Below are positions 8,006 to 17,642 of a stretch of 64,000 bases of DNA, piece by piece; the first letter of the stretch is position 1; every line of letters starts with the position of its first letter. The position numbers were made by a program, and so were the translations under genes. The notes beneath the pieces are model-generated. The model worked only from the letters and a program-made list of their open reading frames with translations, made no database searches and was not told the origin of the DNA. The stretch is from an uncultured Clostridia bacterium (GTDB lineage: Bacteria; Bacillota; Clostridia; Christensenellales; Borkfalkiaceae), in contig CANQTD010000001.1 of assembly GCA_947626685.1 (NCBI GenBank), forward strand, positions 34,393 through 98,392. The letters run 5' to 3'.

Positions 8006-9211
8006 TTATTCCCCCTTGTAATCCTTGTCGATGATCTTGCCGGCGGCGACGGACGCGCCTGCCGCAACGGTGATATTTCTGCCGAGCACCGCGATGCCTG
8101 CACTGTTTTCCTTCGGTTCGCCGACACGCGCGCCCTCTTCGATGACGACGTTCTCGTCGACGATCGCATGCTCCACGACCGCGCCCTTTTTGACGACGGT
8201 CCCCGCCATGAGGACGCTGTCGCGCACGGTCGCGCCCTCTTCGATGACGACGTTGGAGGAGAGCACGGAATGCTTGACGGCCCCGCCGATCTCACAGCCG
8301 AGCGCGATGACCGAATCGTCGATCTCCGCGTTCAGGCCGACGTATTCGGGCGGCGCGAGCGGGTTGCGGGAATGGATCTTCCAATCGGGATCGCCGACGT
8401 CGAAGGCGGGATCCTTGCCGAGAAGGTCCATGTTGGATTCCCAGAGAGAGGCGATCGTGCCGACGTCCTTCCAATACCCCTTGAAGCGGTAGGAGAACAT
8501 CTTTTCGCCCGCATTGAGCATGGCGGGCAGCACGTCTTTGCCGAAATCTTTGCTCGACGCGGGGTTCTGGTCGTCCGCTTCGAGATATTTGAAGAGTTTC
8601 TCCGCCGTGAAAATGTAGATCCCCATCGACGCGAGATTGCTCTTGGGCTGTTTCGGCTTCTCCTCGAACTCGTAGATGGAGCCGTCGGGATTCGTGTTGA
8701 GGATCCCGAAGCGGGAGGCCTCCTTCATGGGCACTTCGATCGCCGCGATCGTGCAGTCCGCCCCCGTCGCCTTGTGGGCGCGCAGCATCTCCGCATAGTT
8801 CATCTTATAGATGTGGTCGCCCGAAAGAATGAGAATATAGTCGGGATTGTACTTCTTCATGAAGGACATGTTCTGGTAGATGGCGTTCGCGGTACCCTCG
8901 AACCACGACTGCTTTTTCTTCGCCTGATAGGGCGAGAGAATGTGAACGCCGCCGAATGCGCGGTCGAGATCCCACGGCTGGCCGTTCCCGATGTACTCGT
9001 TGAGCTCCAAAGGCTCGTATTGGGTGAGCACGCCGACCGTGTCGATCCCCGAATTGATGCAGTTGGAGAGCGGGAAGTCGATGATCCTGTACTTCGCGCC
9101 GAAGGCAACCGCCGGTTTCGCGATGTTATTCGTGAGCGCGTACAGTCTCGAACCCTGTCCGCCCGCCAACAGCATTGCAACGCATTCTTTTTTTCTGAGC
9201 ATTTTTTCCAT
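8006..9211 (-). CDS. glgC: glucose-1-phosphate adenylyltransferase
   Basis: It has [34 protein letters not shown] and C-terminal left-handed beta-helix repeats. The true start may be the second ATG at 9202, which has better spacing to GGGGGG. Confidence 0.94.
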   Translation of the reverse strand: MEKMLRKKECVAMLLAGGQGSRLYALTNNIAKPAVAFGAKYRIIDFPLSNCINSGIDTVGVLTQYEPLELNEYIGNGQPWDLDRAFGGVHILSPYQAKKKQSWFEGTANAIYQNMSFMKKYNPDYILILSGDHIYKMNYAEMLRAHKATGADCTIAAIEVPMKEASRFGILNTNPDGSIYEFEEKPKQPKSNLASMGIYIFTAEKLFKYLEADDQNPASSKDFGKDVLPAMLNAGEKMFSYRFKGYWKDVGTIASLWESNMDLLGKDPAFDVGDPDWKIHSRNPLAPPEYVGLNAEIDDSVIALGCEIGGAVKHSVLSSNVVIEEGATVRDSVLMAGTVVKKGAVVEHAIVDENVVIEEGARVGEPKENSAGIAVLGRNITVAAGASVAAGKIIDKDYKGE

Positions 9212-9274
9212 TACCCCCCTTGTAAGGCACTTTATTTCTTCGGCATTTGAGCCGCGGATTCCGTTTTAACGGTT

Positions 9275-11203
9275 TTACTTGCCGCCCTCTGCGTCGGGAA
9301 GGCGGACGAGATACATCGTCGTGAGCTTGGGAACGTCGATCTTCAGCGAGTACTGCTTGCCGTGGCTGGGCGCCTTGACGGCCTGATACGTCTTTTTGTG
9401 CAGCTTGCCTTCCCCGCCGAATTTCTTATCGTCCGAGCAGAAAATGACTTTGTATTTCCCCTTTTTGTCCACGCCGAGCCAATAATCGGCTACGTCCGCA
9501 CCCGAAAAGCATGCCAGGCATAGTACTTCATTTCCACCCCTATCTCTGCGGATAAACGCGGCGATATTGCGGTCTGCATCGTCGGCGGCGAGCCATTCGA
9601 AGCCATCCCACGAGTCGTCCACTTCGAAGAAGGCGGGCGTCGAGAGATAGAAGAAGTTGAGTTCCTTCACATAGCGCGAGAGCTTGCCGTGCATCTCGTA
9701 ATTGTCCCTGAGGAAAAATTCGAGCCCTTCCTTATAGTCCCATTCCTTGAACTGCCCGAACTCATAGCCCATGAAGTTGAGCTTTTTGCCGGGGTGCGCC
9801 ATCATATAGCCGAGGAAGGAACGGACGCCCGCAAATTTTTCTTCATACGCGCCCGGCATCTTGTTGATGAGCGAGCACTTCCCGTGGACGACCTCGTCGT
9901 GCGAGATGGGAAGCACATAGTTCTCCGAAAATGCGTACATCATGGAGAAGGTGAGTTTGTTGTGGTTGTTCATGCGGAAGAACGGGTTGAGGGAGAGATA
10001 GGAGAGCATATCGTTCATCCAGCCCATGTTCCACTTGAAGTTGAAGCCGAGCCCCCCCACCGAACCGGGTTTGGTGACGAGCCCCCACGCCGTGCTCTCC
10101 TCTGCGATCATGAGCGCGTACGGGAACCGCCTGAACACCGCCTCGTTGAGTTTTCTGAGAAAGGCGATCGCCTCTAAGTTTTTGTTCTCCCCATAGATGT
10201 TCGGCACCCATTCGCCCGGCCGCTTGTCGTAATCGAGATAGAGCATCGACGCGACCGCGTCCACGCGCAGGCCGTCTACATGAAAGCGGTCGAAGAAAAA
10301 GCACGCGCTCGAGATGAGGAAAGAGAGGACTTCGTTCCTGCCGTAGTCGAAACGGCGGGTCCCCCAGCTCTTGTGCTCCATGCGGTCCCATTGGCTGCTC
10401 TCATAGAGGGGCTGTCCGTCGAACTCATACAGCCCGTGCTCGTCCTTCGGGAAATGCGCGGGCACCCAATCGACGATGACGCCGATCCCCGCCCTGTGGA
10501 AGCTGTCCACGAGGAACATGAAGTCCTGCGGCGTGCCGAGGCGGGAGGTCGCCGCAAAATAACCCGTGACCTGATAGCCCCACGATCCGTCGAACGGAAA
10601 TTCCGTCACGGGCATGAACTCGACGTGCGTGTACCCCATCTCCCTGACATAGTTTACAAGCTCGACGGCGAGCTCGCGGTAAGAGAGATAGTTCCCGTCC
10701 TCATGGCGGCGCCACGAGAGCAGGTTGACCTCGTACGTATTCATCGGCGCCGAGAAAATGCTGCGGCGCGAGACGCTTTCGAGATACTTCTTGTCCCCCC
10801 AGCGGTATCCCTCCAAATCGTAGAGCTTGGAGGCGTTGCGCGGAGGCGTTTCCGTATGGAAACCGACGGGGTCCGCTTTCATCAGTTTGCGCCCGTCCTG
10901 CGTTGTAATGCAATATTTATAAACGTCGTACTGCTTCAATCCCGGAATGAACAGCTCGAAGCTCTCCCCGTCGACCATGCGCTGCATGACGTGCTTTGTA
11001 TCGTCCCAGCCGTTGAAGTCGCCGACGACGGACACGCCCGCCGCATGGGGAGCCCAGACGCGGAAGATATACCCGCCCTTCCCGTTCTCCGTCGCCCTGT
11101 GCGCGCCGAAGATCTCATAGATGCGGTCGTTCTGCCCGTGGTGGTACAGATAGAGCGGGAAATCGGTCGTTTTCGCGTCGTCTTTTTGCTTGTGCATATT
11201 CAT
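9275..11203 (-). CDS. glgB: 1,4-alpha-glucan branching enzyme
   Basis: 642 aa, GH13_9-type, with DWVPAHF, GLRVDAVASM and AEESTAW. The start may be the ATG at 11197, given its spacing to AAGGGG. Confidence 0.95.
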   Translation of the reverse strand: MNMHKQKDDAKTTDFPLYLYHHGQNDRIYEIFGAHRATENGKGGYIFRVWAPHAAGVSVVGDFNGWDDTKHVMQRMVDGESFELFIPGLKQYDVYKYCITTQDGRKLMKADPVGFHTETPPRNASKLYDLEGYRWGDKKYLESVSRRSIFSAPMNTYEVNLLSWRRHEDGNYLSYRELAVELVNYVREMGYTHVEFMPVTEFPFDGSWGYQVTGYFAATSRLGTPQDFMFLVDSFHRAGIGVIVDWVPAHFPKDEHGLYEFDGQPLYESSQWDRMEHKSWGTRRFDYGRNEVLSFLISSACFFFDRFHVDGLRVDAVASMLYLDYDKRPGEWVPNIYGENKNLEAIAFLRKLNEAVFRRFPYALMIAEESTAWGLVTKPGSVGGLGFNFKWNMGWMNDMLSYLSLNPFFRMNNHNKLTFSMMYAFSENYVLPISHDEVVHGKCSLINKMPGAYEEKFAGVRSFLGYMMAHPGKKLNFMGYEFGQFKEWDYKEGLEFFLRDNYEMHGKLSRYVKELNFFYLSTPAFFEVDDSWDGFEWLAADDADRNIAAFIRRDRGGNEVLCLACFSGADVADYWLGVDKKGKYKVIFCSDDKKFGGEGKLHKKTYQAVKAPSHGKQYSLKIDVPKLTTMYLVRLPDAEGGK

Positions 11204-11242
11204 CCCCTTATCAGCATTCTCCCCTTCGGGATCGCTTATCCT

Positions 11243-11271
11243 ATTATACTACATTCTGATAACAGTTTCAA
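11243..11271 (-). promoter_or_regulatory. sigma-A-type promoter of the glg operon (TTGAAA-17-TATAAT)
   Basis: The minus strand reads TTGAAActgttatcagaatgtagTATAAT, about 40 nt upstream of the glgB start. Confidence 0.65.
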
Positions 11272-11315
11272 GACCCAAAGGGAATTTTTTCCTGTTTTTT
11301 TCGGAAAAATTTGCC

Positions 11316-11344
11316 AAAAAGAAAACCCGTCCGTTGGGACGGGT
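11316..11344 (-). terminator. rho-independent terminator after murC
   Basis: The minus strand reads ACCCGTCCcaacGGACGGGT followed by TTTTCTTTTT. Confidence 0.8.
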
Positions 11345-11348
11345 CCCC

Positions 11349-12671
11349 TCAGCCGGCGATCCCCTTGACAATATCGTAGATATCCCCCGCGCCGAGCGCG
11401 AGAATGAGGTCGTCGGGAGCGAGCCGTTCTTTGAGGCGGGCGGCGAGCTGGGACGGCGTCTGCACATAGCGGGCCTGCGGGATCAGGCTTACAAGGCGCG
11501 CCGCGCTCCCCGCATAGTCGAAGTTTTCCCGCGCCGAATAGGTGCGGTAGACGATCGGCCTCTCCGCCTTCGAGAGAACGGAGACGAAGTCGTCGAGAAG
11601 ATCGCGGGTGCGGGTGAAGGTATGCGGCTGAAAGACGAGGCGGACGGTGCCGAGGCAAAGCCGTTCCGCCGTCGAGAGCGCCGCCGCGATCTCGCGGGGG
11701 TGATGCGCATAGTCGCAGACGACGGGAACGCCGCCGATGCTTCCCACCCGTTCGAACCGCCTCTTTACGCCGATAAATTCCTCCAATCCGCGCCTAATCT
11801 CGTCGGGCGTAAACCCCGTCAGTCTTGCGGCCGCGTACGCCGCGAGCGCATTGTAGACGTGCACCCTTCCCACAACGTTGAGTTTGACGCGCACGGTCGG
11901 GACGCCGCCCTCGGTAACGGTAAACGCATAGCGTTCGCCGTCCGAACGCAGTTTTTCGGCGCGGATATGCCCGTTGTACAGCCCGAAATCCAATTCGTGC
12001 GGGATCGCGCGCGCACGGGCGTCGTCCGCATTGACGACAACGCGTTTCGCATTCGCCGCAAACATCCTGTACGCGGAGACGAGCTCCTCCTCGGTCGCAT
12101 AGCAATCCGTGTGGTCGCGGTCGCAGTTGAGGATGACGGCGGTCTCGCTTTTCAGGGTGAGAAAGCTGCGGCGGAATTCGCATGCCTCCGTGAGGAAATA
12201 GTCGTTCCCCGCGGAACAGACGTTGCCGAGCAGAAGATCTTCTCCGCCGATGTGCGCGGTGAAAGAGGCGTGGTTCGCACGGAAAATATGCGCAAGCATG
12301 CAACTCGCCGTCGTCTTGCCGTGACAGCCCGCAACGGACAGAACGTGCGGATATTCCTCCGCGATCCTTCCGAGCAGCTCCGCGCGCGGTATGAGACGTT
12401 TCCCCGCCTCCTTTGCCCGCGCGAACTGCGGGTGTTCCGGCGCGATCGCGCCCGTATAGACGACGACCGGTTCGGCGATCTCCTCCTCTTCGCCGATATG
12501 CACGGGGATCCCCGTGCGGCGGAGTTCGCAGGTGAGCGCGTTCTCCGCGGCGTCGCTGCCGCGTACGGGGATCCCGCGGCCGTGGAGCAATTTCGCAAGC
12601 GCGCTCATGCTCACGCCGCCGATCCCGATGAAGTAGATTCCGCTCTTTTCGGCATTTTCCCCGAAGAACAT
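11349..12671 (-). CDS. murC: UDP-N-acetylmuramate--L-alanine ligase
   Basis: Internal ATG of ORF 11349..12878 (MFFGENAEKSGIYFIGIGGVSMSALA). It has the Mur ligase P-loop GCHGKTT. No SD sequence precedes the ATG. Confidence 0.9.
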   Translation of the reverse strand: MFFGENAEKSGIYFIGIGGVSMSALAKLLHGRGIPVRGSDAAENALTCELRRTGIPVHIGEEEEIAEPVVVYTGAIAPEHPQFARAKEAGKRLIPRAELLGRIAEEYPHVLSVAGCHGKTTASCMLAHIFRANHASFTAHIGGEDLLLGNVCSAGNDYFLTEACEFRRSFLTLKSETAVILNCDRDHTDCYATEEELVSAYRMFAANAKRVVVNADDARARAIPHELDFGLYNGHIRAEKLRSDGERYAFTVTEGGVPTVRVKLNVVGRVHVYNALAAYAAARLTGFTPDEIRRGLEEFIGVKRRFERVGSIGGVPVVCDYAHHPREIAAALSTAERLCLGTVRLVFQPHTFTRTRDLLDDFVSVLSKAERPIVYRTYSARENFDYAGSAARLVSLIPQARYVQTPSQLAARLKERLAPDDLILALGAGDIYDIVKGIAG

Positions 12672-12743
12672 AGTATAATTTATGCAAAAAACGCCCTGAT
12701 TTGTGAAATTTTCTACAAATTTCCGAAAAATTGCATAATCTAC

Positions 12744-12772
12744 TTGCCTTTCAAAATGAAGTGTGATAATAT
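12744..12772 (+). promoter_or_regulatory. candidate spoVG promoter (TTGCCT-17-TAATAT)
   Basis: The sequence is TTGCCTttcaaaatgaagtgtgaTAATAT, 30 nt upstream of the AGGAGG RBS. Confidence 0.45.
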
Positions 12773-12801
12773 ATTGAAAAGAGCACTTAGGAGGTAAAAT
12801 T

Positions 12802-13071
12802 ATGCAAATCGGAGATGTTAGAATACGGCTGATCCAAAAAGCGGACGGGATTCTGCGCGCGGTTGCGTCGGTGACCATCGACGAGTGCTTTGTCGTTCAC
12901 GACATCAAAGTCTTTGAGCGGGACGGCGAATGTTTCATCGCCATGCCCAGCCGCAAGACTTCGGACGGTGAATACAAGGACATCGCGCATCCCATCAATT
13001 CGGAGACGCGCCAACTCCTGCAGGATGCGATCCTCGAACAGTATCGCAATACCTGCAAAAACGCCGACTGA
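12802..13071 (+). CDS. spoVG: septation/regulatory protein SpoVG
   Basis: [11 protein letters not shown]...[17 protein letters not shown]...[26 protein letters not shown] is colinear with the SpoVG family. A strong AGGAGG RBS is present. Confidence 0.95.
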   Translation: MQIGDVRIRLIQKADGILRAVASVTIDECFVVHDIKVFERDGECFIAMPSRKTSDGEYKDIAHPINSETRQLLQDAILEQYRNTCKNAD

Positions 13072-13085
13072 TATTCCGAGGGGGA

Positions 13086-13123
13086 GCAAAAAACACGCCG
13101 CAGAAAGTGCGGCGTGTTTTTTT
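13086..13123. terminator. bidirectional rho-independent terminator (spoVG / csp)
   Basis: The sequence is AAAAAACACGCCGCagaaagtGCGGCGTGTTTTTTT, with an A-run on one side and a T-run on the other. Confidence 0.85.
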
Positions 13124-13148
13124 AGGGTCTTTTCAATTCCTTAGCAGA

Positions 13149-13361
13149 TTAGGAAACGGGTACAACGTTGACCGCGCGGAGCTTCCCGCTGTCTTTGGGA
13201 TCGGGCTCGGTCTCGAACGTGACCTTCTGGCCTTCCTTCAACGTACGGAATCCCTCCGTTTGGATCGCGGAGAAATGCACGAAGATATCGTCCCCGCCGT
13301 CGTCGTTGGAAATAAAGCCGTAACCCTTTCCGTCGTTGAACCACTTAACTGTTCCGTTCAT
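13149..13361 (-). CDS. cold-shock protein (CspA family)
   Basis: It carries the RNP1 motif KGYGFI and the RNP2 motif DIFVHFS. It is 70 aa long. Confidence 0.95.
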   Translation of the reverse strand: MNGTVKWFNDGKGYGFISNDDGGDDIFVHFSAIQTEGFRTLKEGQKVTFETEPDPKDSGKLRAVNVVPVS

Positions 13362-13424
13362 ATCATTTGCCTCCTGATGGTGTTCGGCGAAGCGTTTCCC
13401 TATCGTCCGTTTCGCACAAGTATT

Positions 13425-13453
13425 ATTATATCAGCGCGTTTTCCGATTGTCAA
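13425..13453 (-). promoter_or_regulatory. csp promoter (TTGACA-17-TATAAT) giving a ~60-70 nt 5' UTR
   Basis: The minus strand reads TTGACAatcggaaaacgcgctgaTATAAT. A long leader is typical of csp genes. Confidence 0.7.
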
Positions 13454-13469
13454 TAGATTTGAAAAAAAT

Positions 13470-15284
13470 TTACTTCGTTTTCAGATAATTCCCGATGAGA
13501 CGGGTGCTCGTGGCGGTGAAAGCGGAGAGCTCTTCGGGCTTGAGCGGACGGTAATTCATGAGGGCGAGCAGCCAAATGTACTCCGCCGCGTCCCGTTTCA
13601 CGCCGTCCTCCGCCGTCTTGAGAGCCTGCACCGCCTCCGAAGCCGTATTGACGACGAGCGTCATGTCGGCGGGCATGTCCCCCATCTTGTAGAAGCTGTT
13701 CATCTCCGACATTCTGCGCATGAACTCCGAAACGTTCACGACGGCGGGAACGGAGGCGTCTTTCAGCCGCTCGGTCACGACCTTTACGCCCTTTTCTTTG
13801 AGGAATCCCTCGAAGATCTCCTTGACGTCCGCGTCCTCCTCCCCTTCCTCTTTGAGCGCGCCCGCAACATCCGCGTCGATGCGCAGGAAGCGTACGCGGG
13901 TCGGATTTTTATATTCGATATAGCTCAAGAAGTGCGGATCGATGTATTCGCCCGCGACGATGGCGTCGAGGCCGGCGTCTTTGAACATCTTGACGTACTG
14001 CGCCTGTTTGTCCTCGTCCGAGACGTAGTAGACGGCGTCGGGCTGTTTGCCCGCGTCGGCGTCCCCGCCGGAGACCTCGGGGCCGAAAAAGCTCTCGAGG
14101 GGCAAATATTCTCCCGCAAGATTCTTGAAGATGATGACATCTTTGATCTTTTTGTAGAAATCGTCATCCTTGATGGCGCCGAACTTGACAAAGGTGGAAA
14201 GATCGTTCCAGCAGTTCTCGTATCTCTCCTTATCCTTTTTATAGAGATCGTTCAGCTTGTCCGCGACCTTTTTGACGATGTGCTTCGCGATCTTTTGGAC
14301 CTCGCGGTCGTTTTGGAGGAAGGAACGGGAGACGTTCAGCGGAATGTCGGGGCAGTCGATCACGCCGTTCAGGAGCATCAGAAATTCGGGAATGACCTCC
14401 TTGATATTGTCCGCCACGAACACCTGGTTGCAATAGAGTTTGACCTGCCCGCGCTCGAGCTCCACCTGTTTGCGGACTTTCGGGAAATACAGGATGCCTT
14501 TCAGACGGAAAGGATATTCCATGTTGAGATGGATCCAGAAGAGCGGCTCCTGAAAGTCGTTGAACGTGTCGCGGTAGAACGTTTTATACTCCTCTTCCGT
14601 GCAATCCTTCGGCTGTTTCACATAGAGCGGCTCCGTCGTGTTGACGGGCTTCTCGTCCTCCTTGCCCTTCGGATCGAGATAGATCTCATAGGGCATGAAC
14701 GAGCAGTACTTCTTCAAGAGTTCGCGGATCACATTCTCTTTGAGGAATTCCTTCTCCTCTTTGGCGATGTGCATGACGACTTTCGTGCCGCGCGTCTCTT
14801 TGTCGCAATCCCCGATCGTGTAGGTGCTCTCGCCGTCCGATTCCCAATGCACGCCCTTTTCGCCCTCGCGGTACGACTTCGTGAAGATCTCGATGCGCTC
14901 GGAGACCATATAGGCGGAATAGAACCCGAGCCCGAAGTGGCCGATGATGCCGTCCCCGCCCGCCTGTTCATACTTCTGCGCAAAATCCGCCGCGCCCGAG
15001 AACGCGATGCTCGTGATATATTTTTCGACCTCTTCCTCGGTCATGCCGATGCCGTTGTCCTCCACGGTGAGCGTACCGGCCTTTTCGTCCGCCGTCACGG
15101 TGATGCGGAAGGGCTCCCCCTCCGCGGCTTCTCCCAAAGAAATGAGTTTCTTGAGCTTTGTGATGGCGTCGGACGCATTCGCGACGATCTCGCGGAGAAA
15201 GATATCCTTCTCGGAATACAGCCATTTTTTGATGATCGGCATCATGTTTTCGCTTGAAATTTTGATCGTACCCTGTCTTTCCAT
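13470..15284 (-). CDS. htpG: molecular chaperone HtpG (Hsp90)
   Basis: It has the GHKL N-terminal domain (FLREIVANASDAITKL, VEDNGIGMT, GHFGLGFYSAYMV). It is 604 aa long. Confidence 0.94.
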   Translation of the reverse strand: MERQGTIKISSENMMPIIKKWLYSEKDIFLREIVANASDAITKLKKLISLGEAAEGEPFRITVTADEKAGTLTVEDNGIGMTEEEVEKYITSIAFSGAADFAQKYEQAGGDGIIGHFGLGFYSAYMVSERIEIFTKSYREGEKGVHWESDGESTYTIGDCDKETRGTKVVMHIAKEEKEFLKENVIRELLKKYCSFMPYEIYLDPKGKEDEKPVNTTEPLYVKQPKDCTEEEYKTFYRDTFNDFQEPLFWIHLNMEYPFRLKGILYFPKVRKQVELERGQVKLYCNQVFVADNIKEVIPEFLMLLNGVIDCPDIPLNVSRSFLQNDREVQKIAKHIVKKVADKLNDLYKKDKERYENCWNDLSTFVKFGAIKDDDFYKKIKDVIIFKNLAGEYLPLESFFGPEVSGGDADAGKQPDAVYYVSDEDKQAQYVKMFKDAGLDAIVAGEYIDPHFLSYIEYKNPTRVRFLRIDADVAGALKEEGEEDADVKEIFEGFLKEKGVKVVTERLKDASVPAVVNVSEFMRRMSEMNSFYKMGDMPADMTLVVNTASEAVQALKTAEDGVKRDAAEYIWLLALMNYRPLKPEELSAFTATSTRLIGNYLKTK

Positions 15285-15345
15285 GAATGTGTTATCTCCT
15301 TACTTGCTTTCCTGTTTAATATAACCGAAATTTTCGCCCGCAAAA

Positions 15346-15375
15346 CAAAAAATCCGTTCGAAAACGGATTTTTTG
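15346..15375. terminator. rho-independent terminator after ispH/rpsA (symmetric A/T flanks)
   Basis: The sequence is AAAAAATCCGTTcgaaAACGGATTTTTT. Confidence 0.8.
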
Positions 15376-15389
15376 CAATTTCTTTTCGC

Positions 15390-17642
15390 TTATTTGTCGT
15401 CGTTGCCGAGAAGTTCGGAGATGGAAGCGCCGAAATCGCTGCCCTCCGTCCACTCTCTGTACTCATCGTCCTCACCGGCGGGCTGCACGCTGCGGCGGGC
15501 CTTCTTGTTCCCGCGCTCGCGGCGGTTGCCGTTGTCCTCGCGGGGTTCGCGCTCGGGACGGGGCTCGAACTCGGGACGGGGCTGGAGCGCCTTGATGGAG
15601 AGCGTGATCTTCCTCTCCGCGGGGTTGAACGCCAAGATCTTCGCGTCGACTTCCTCGCCGATCGTGAGCGCGGTGGTGGGATTCTCCAACCACTCGTGGG
15701 TGATCTGGGAGACGTGCACGAGGCCGTCGATCCCCTTTTCGATCTCCACGAACGCCCCGAAGGGAACGATGCGGACTACGCGGCCGTGGACGATATCGCC
15801 CTCGGCGTACTTCTCTGCGGCAAGATCCCACGGCTGCGGCTGGAGCTGCTTATAGCCGATGGAGACCTTCTTATTGTTGCGGTCGATCTTGAGGACCTGA
15901 AATTCATAACGCTTGCCGATCTCGAGGACGTCGGTAACTTCTTTCACGCCCGTCCAGGAGAGGTCGGAGATGTGCGCGAGGCAATCGAACCCGTTGACGG
16001 AGACGAATGCACCGAAGCTCGTGACGCGCTCGACCTTGCCCTCGACGACGTCGCCCACCTGAATGGAGGAGAAGAAGCTCTCTTCCTTCGCGGCTTTTGC
16101 GGCTTCGCGCTCGGCGCGCTCCGCTTCGAGGACGACGCGCTGGGAGGCGATGATCTCCTTTCTGCGCTCCTTTCTGATCTCGATGAGTTTGAGGCGAAGG
16201 GTCTTGCCCTTGTACTTTTCAAGATCGGTGACGTAGCCGATGCGGATCTCTCTTCTCGGCACGAACACGGGGTAAGTCCCGAGTTCCGCGGTAAGCCCGC
16301 CCTTATTGGAGCCGGTGCACTCTACGGTGAAAACTTTGCCCGCTTCGATATCGGCAAGGAAGGCTTCCTCTTCCTTGAGCTTTTTGACCATTTTCTGGGA
16401 GAGCGCGACGGGCTTGACCGCCGTCACCATGACTTCGATCTCCTCGCCGTTCTTCGCCTTCTCCTCATATACCTCGCGGCTGTACTCTTCGCAATCAAGC
16501 TCCTCGGCGGGGATCTTGTTTTCGAGTTTTCCGGAACCGGAAACGAAAATGCCGTCGTCCGTGGCAAGAGCGACGCGGACCTTGATGATCTGGCCCTTCT
16601 TGTACCGCTCTTCCTTTTCGATGTCGTCCATGATCTTTTCCATAGCCGACCTCTGCGCTTCGGGCGCTTTCGTCTCTTCGGCTGCCGGAGCAGCGACTTC
16701 TTCCTTGACTTCCTCTACCTCTTGCGCTGCCACGGGTTCAGCCGCCACGGTTTCAGCCGCCGCTTCTGTGGTTTCCGTAGCTTCCGTAGATTCCGTCTTA
16801 AGTACTTCCGCGTTGTTTTCTGCCATCTTGAAAAGAACCTCCTGAGTCAGCCAATCGGGAGTGCTCGCTCCCGCGATAACGCCGACCCTACCAAAATTTT
16901 TCACTTTTTCATATTCGAACCCGTCTGCCGAAGCGATCCGAAAAACATGACCGCAATGCTCAGACGCGATTTCGCCAAGTCTGTTCGTGTTACTGCTGTT
17001 GAGGCCGCCGATCACCACGACGGCGTCACACGCCCGTGCGAGGCTCTCCGCCTCCCGCTGTCTGTCAACAGTAGTATAACAAATTGTCGGGAAAATAACA
17101 ACTGTTTTGAGGTCACCTTTTTGAAGATTTTCCGCAATTTTTGAAAATTTTTTTGCGGAAAAGGTTGTTTGCGCGACCAAAGCCACCTCTTTTCCGCCCA
17201 AACCGGGGATCTGCTCTTCTTCGCTCCGCACGACGAATGCCTGTCCCCTGCACCAGCCGAGCAGCCCGCGCACCTCGGGATGCTCCCCGTCGCCCGCGAT
17301 GACGACCGTTTTCCCAAGTCCGCTCTCCCGCCGCACGATCTCCTGCGTGCGCCGCACGAAGGGGCAGGTGCAGTCGATCACATGCAATCCCCTCTCCCTG
17401 CACCGCGCGTAGACGCTCTCCCCCACGCCGTGGGAACGGATGATGAGGGAAGCTCCTTCGGGGACTTCCTCGGGGGAAGCGACCGTGACGATGCCGCGCG
17501 CCGCGACCCTTCCGTTCACGTCCTCGTTATGGATGAGCTCGCCGAGCAGGTAGGTGTTTTCGGGCGGAACGGACAGAGCGGTTTCGACCGCCCTTCTCAC
17601 GCCGCCGCAGAACCCGCTCTTCGGCGAGACGACGAGCTTCAC
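15390..17642 (-). CDS. ispH: bifunctional 4-hydroxy-3-methylbut-2-enyl diphosphate reductase (IspH) / ribosomal protein S1 fusion
   Basis: The N-terminal ~280 aa are IspH/LytB (MKLVVSPKSGFCGGVRRAVE, three Cys ligand regions). A Glu/Ala/Thr-rich linker follows, then four S1 OB-fold repeats (GKVERVTSFGAFVSV, GRVVRIVPFGAFVEI). Confidence 0.9.
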   Translation of the reverse strand: MKLVVSPKSGFCGGVRRAVETALSVPPENTYLLGELIHNEDVNGRVAARGIVTVASPEEVPEGASLIIRSHGVGESVYARCRERGLHVIDCTCPFVRRTQEIVRRESGLGKTVVIAGDGEHPEVRGLLGWCRGQAFVVRSEEEQIPGLGGKEVALVAQTTFSAKKFSKIAENLQKGDLKTVVIFPTICYTTVDRQREAESLARACDAVVVIGGLNSSNTNRLGEIASEHCGHVFRIASADGFEYEKVKNFGRVGVIAGASTPDWLTQEVLFKMAENNAEVLKTESTEATETTEAAAETVAAEPVAAQEVEEVKEEVAAPAAEETKAPEAQRSAMEKIMDDIEKEERYKKGQIIKVRVALATDDGIFVSGSGKLENKIPAEELDCEEYSREVYEEKAKNGEEIEVMVTAVKPVALSQKMVKKLKEEEAFLADIEAGKVFTVECTGSNKGGLTAELGTYPVFVPRREIRIGYVTDLEKYKGKTLRLKLIEIRKERRKEIIASQRVVLEAERAEREAAKAAKEESFFSSIQVGDVVEGKVERVTSFGAFVSVNGFDCLAHISDLSWTGVKEVTDVLEIGKRYEFQVLKIDRNNKKVSIGYKQLQPQPWDLAAEKYAEGDIVHGRVVRIVPFGAFVEIEKGIDGLVHVSQITHEWLENPTTALTIGEEVDAKILAFNPAERKITLSIKALQPRPEFEPRPEREPREDNGNRRERGNKKARRSVQPAGEDDEYREWTEGSDFGASISELLGNDDK

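Noticed and set aside
12701-12718. Rex-like box TTGTGAAATTTTCTACAA between murC and spoVG.
   Set aside because: The right half has two mismatches to TTCACAA, and neither flanking gene is redox or fermentation related. It probably just overlaps the murC -35 (TTCACA).
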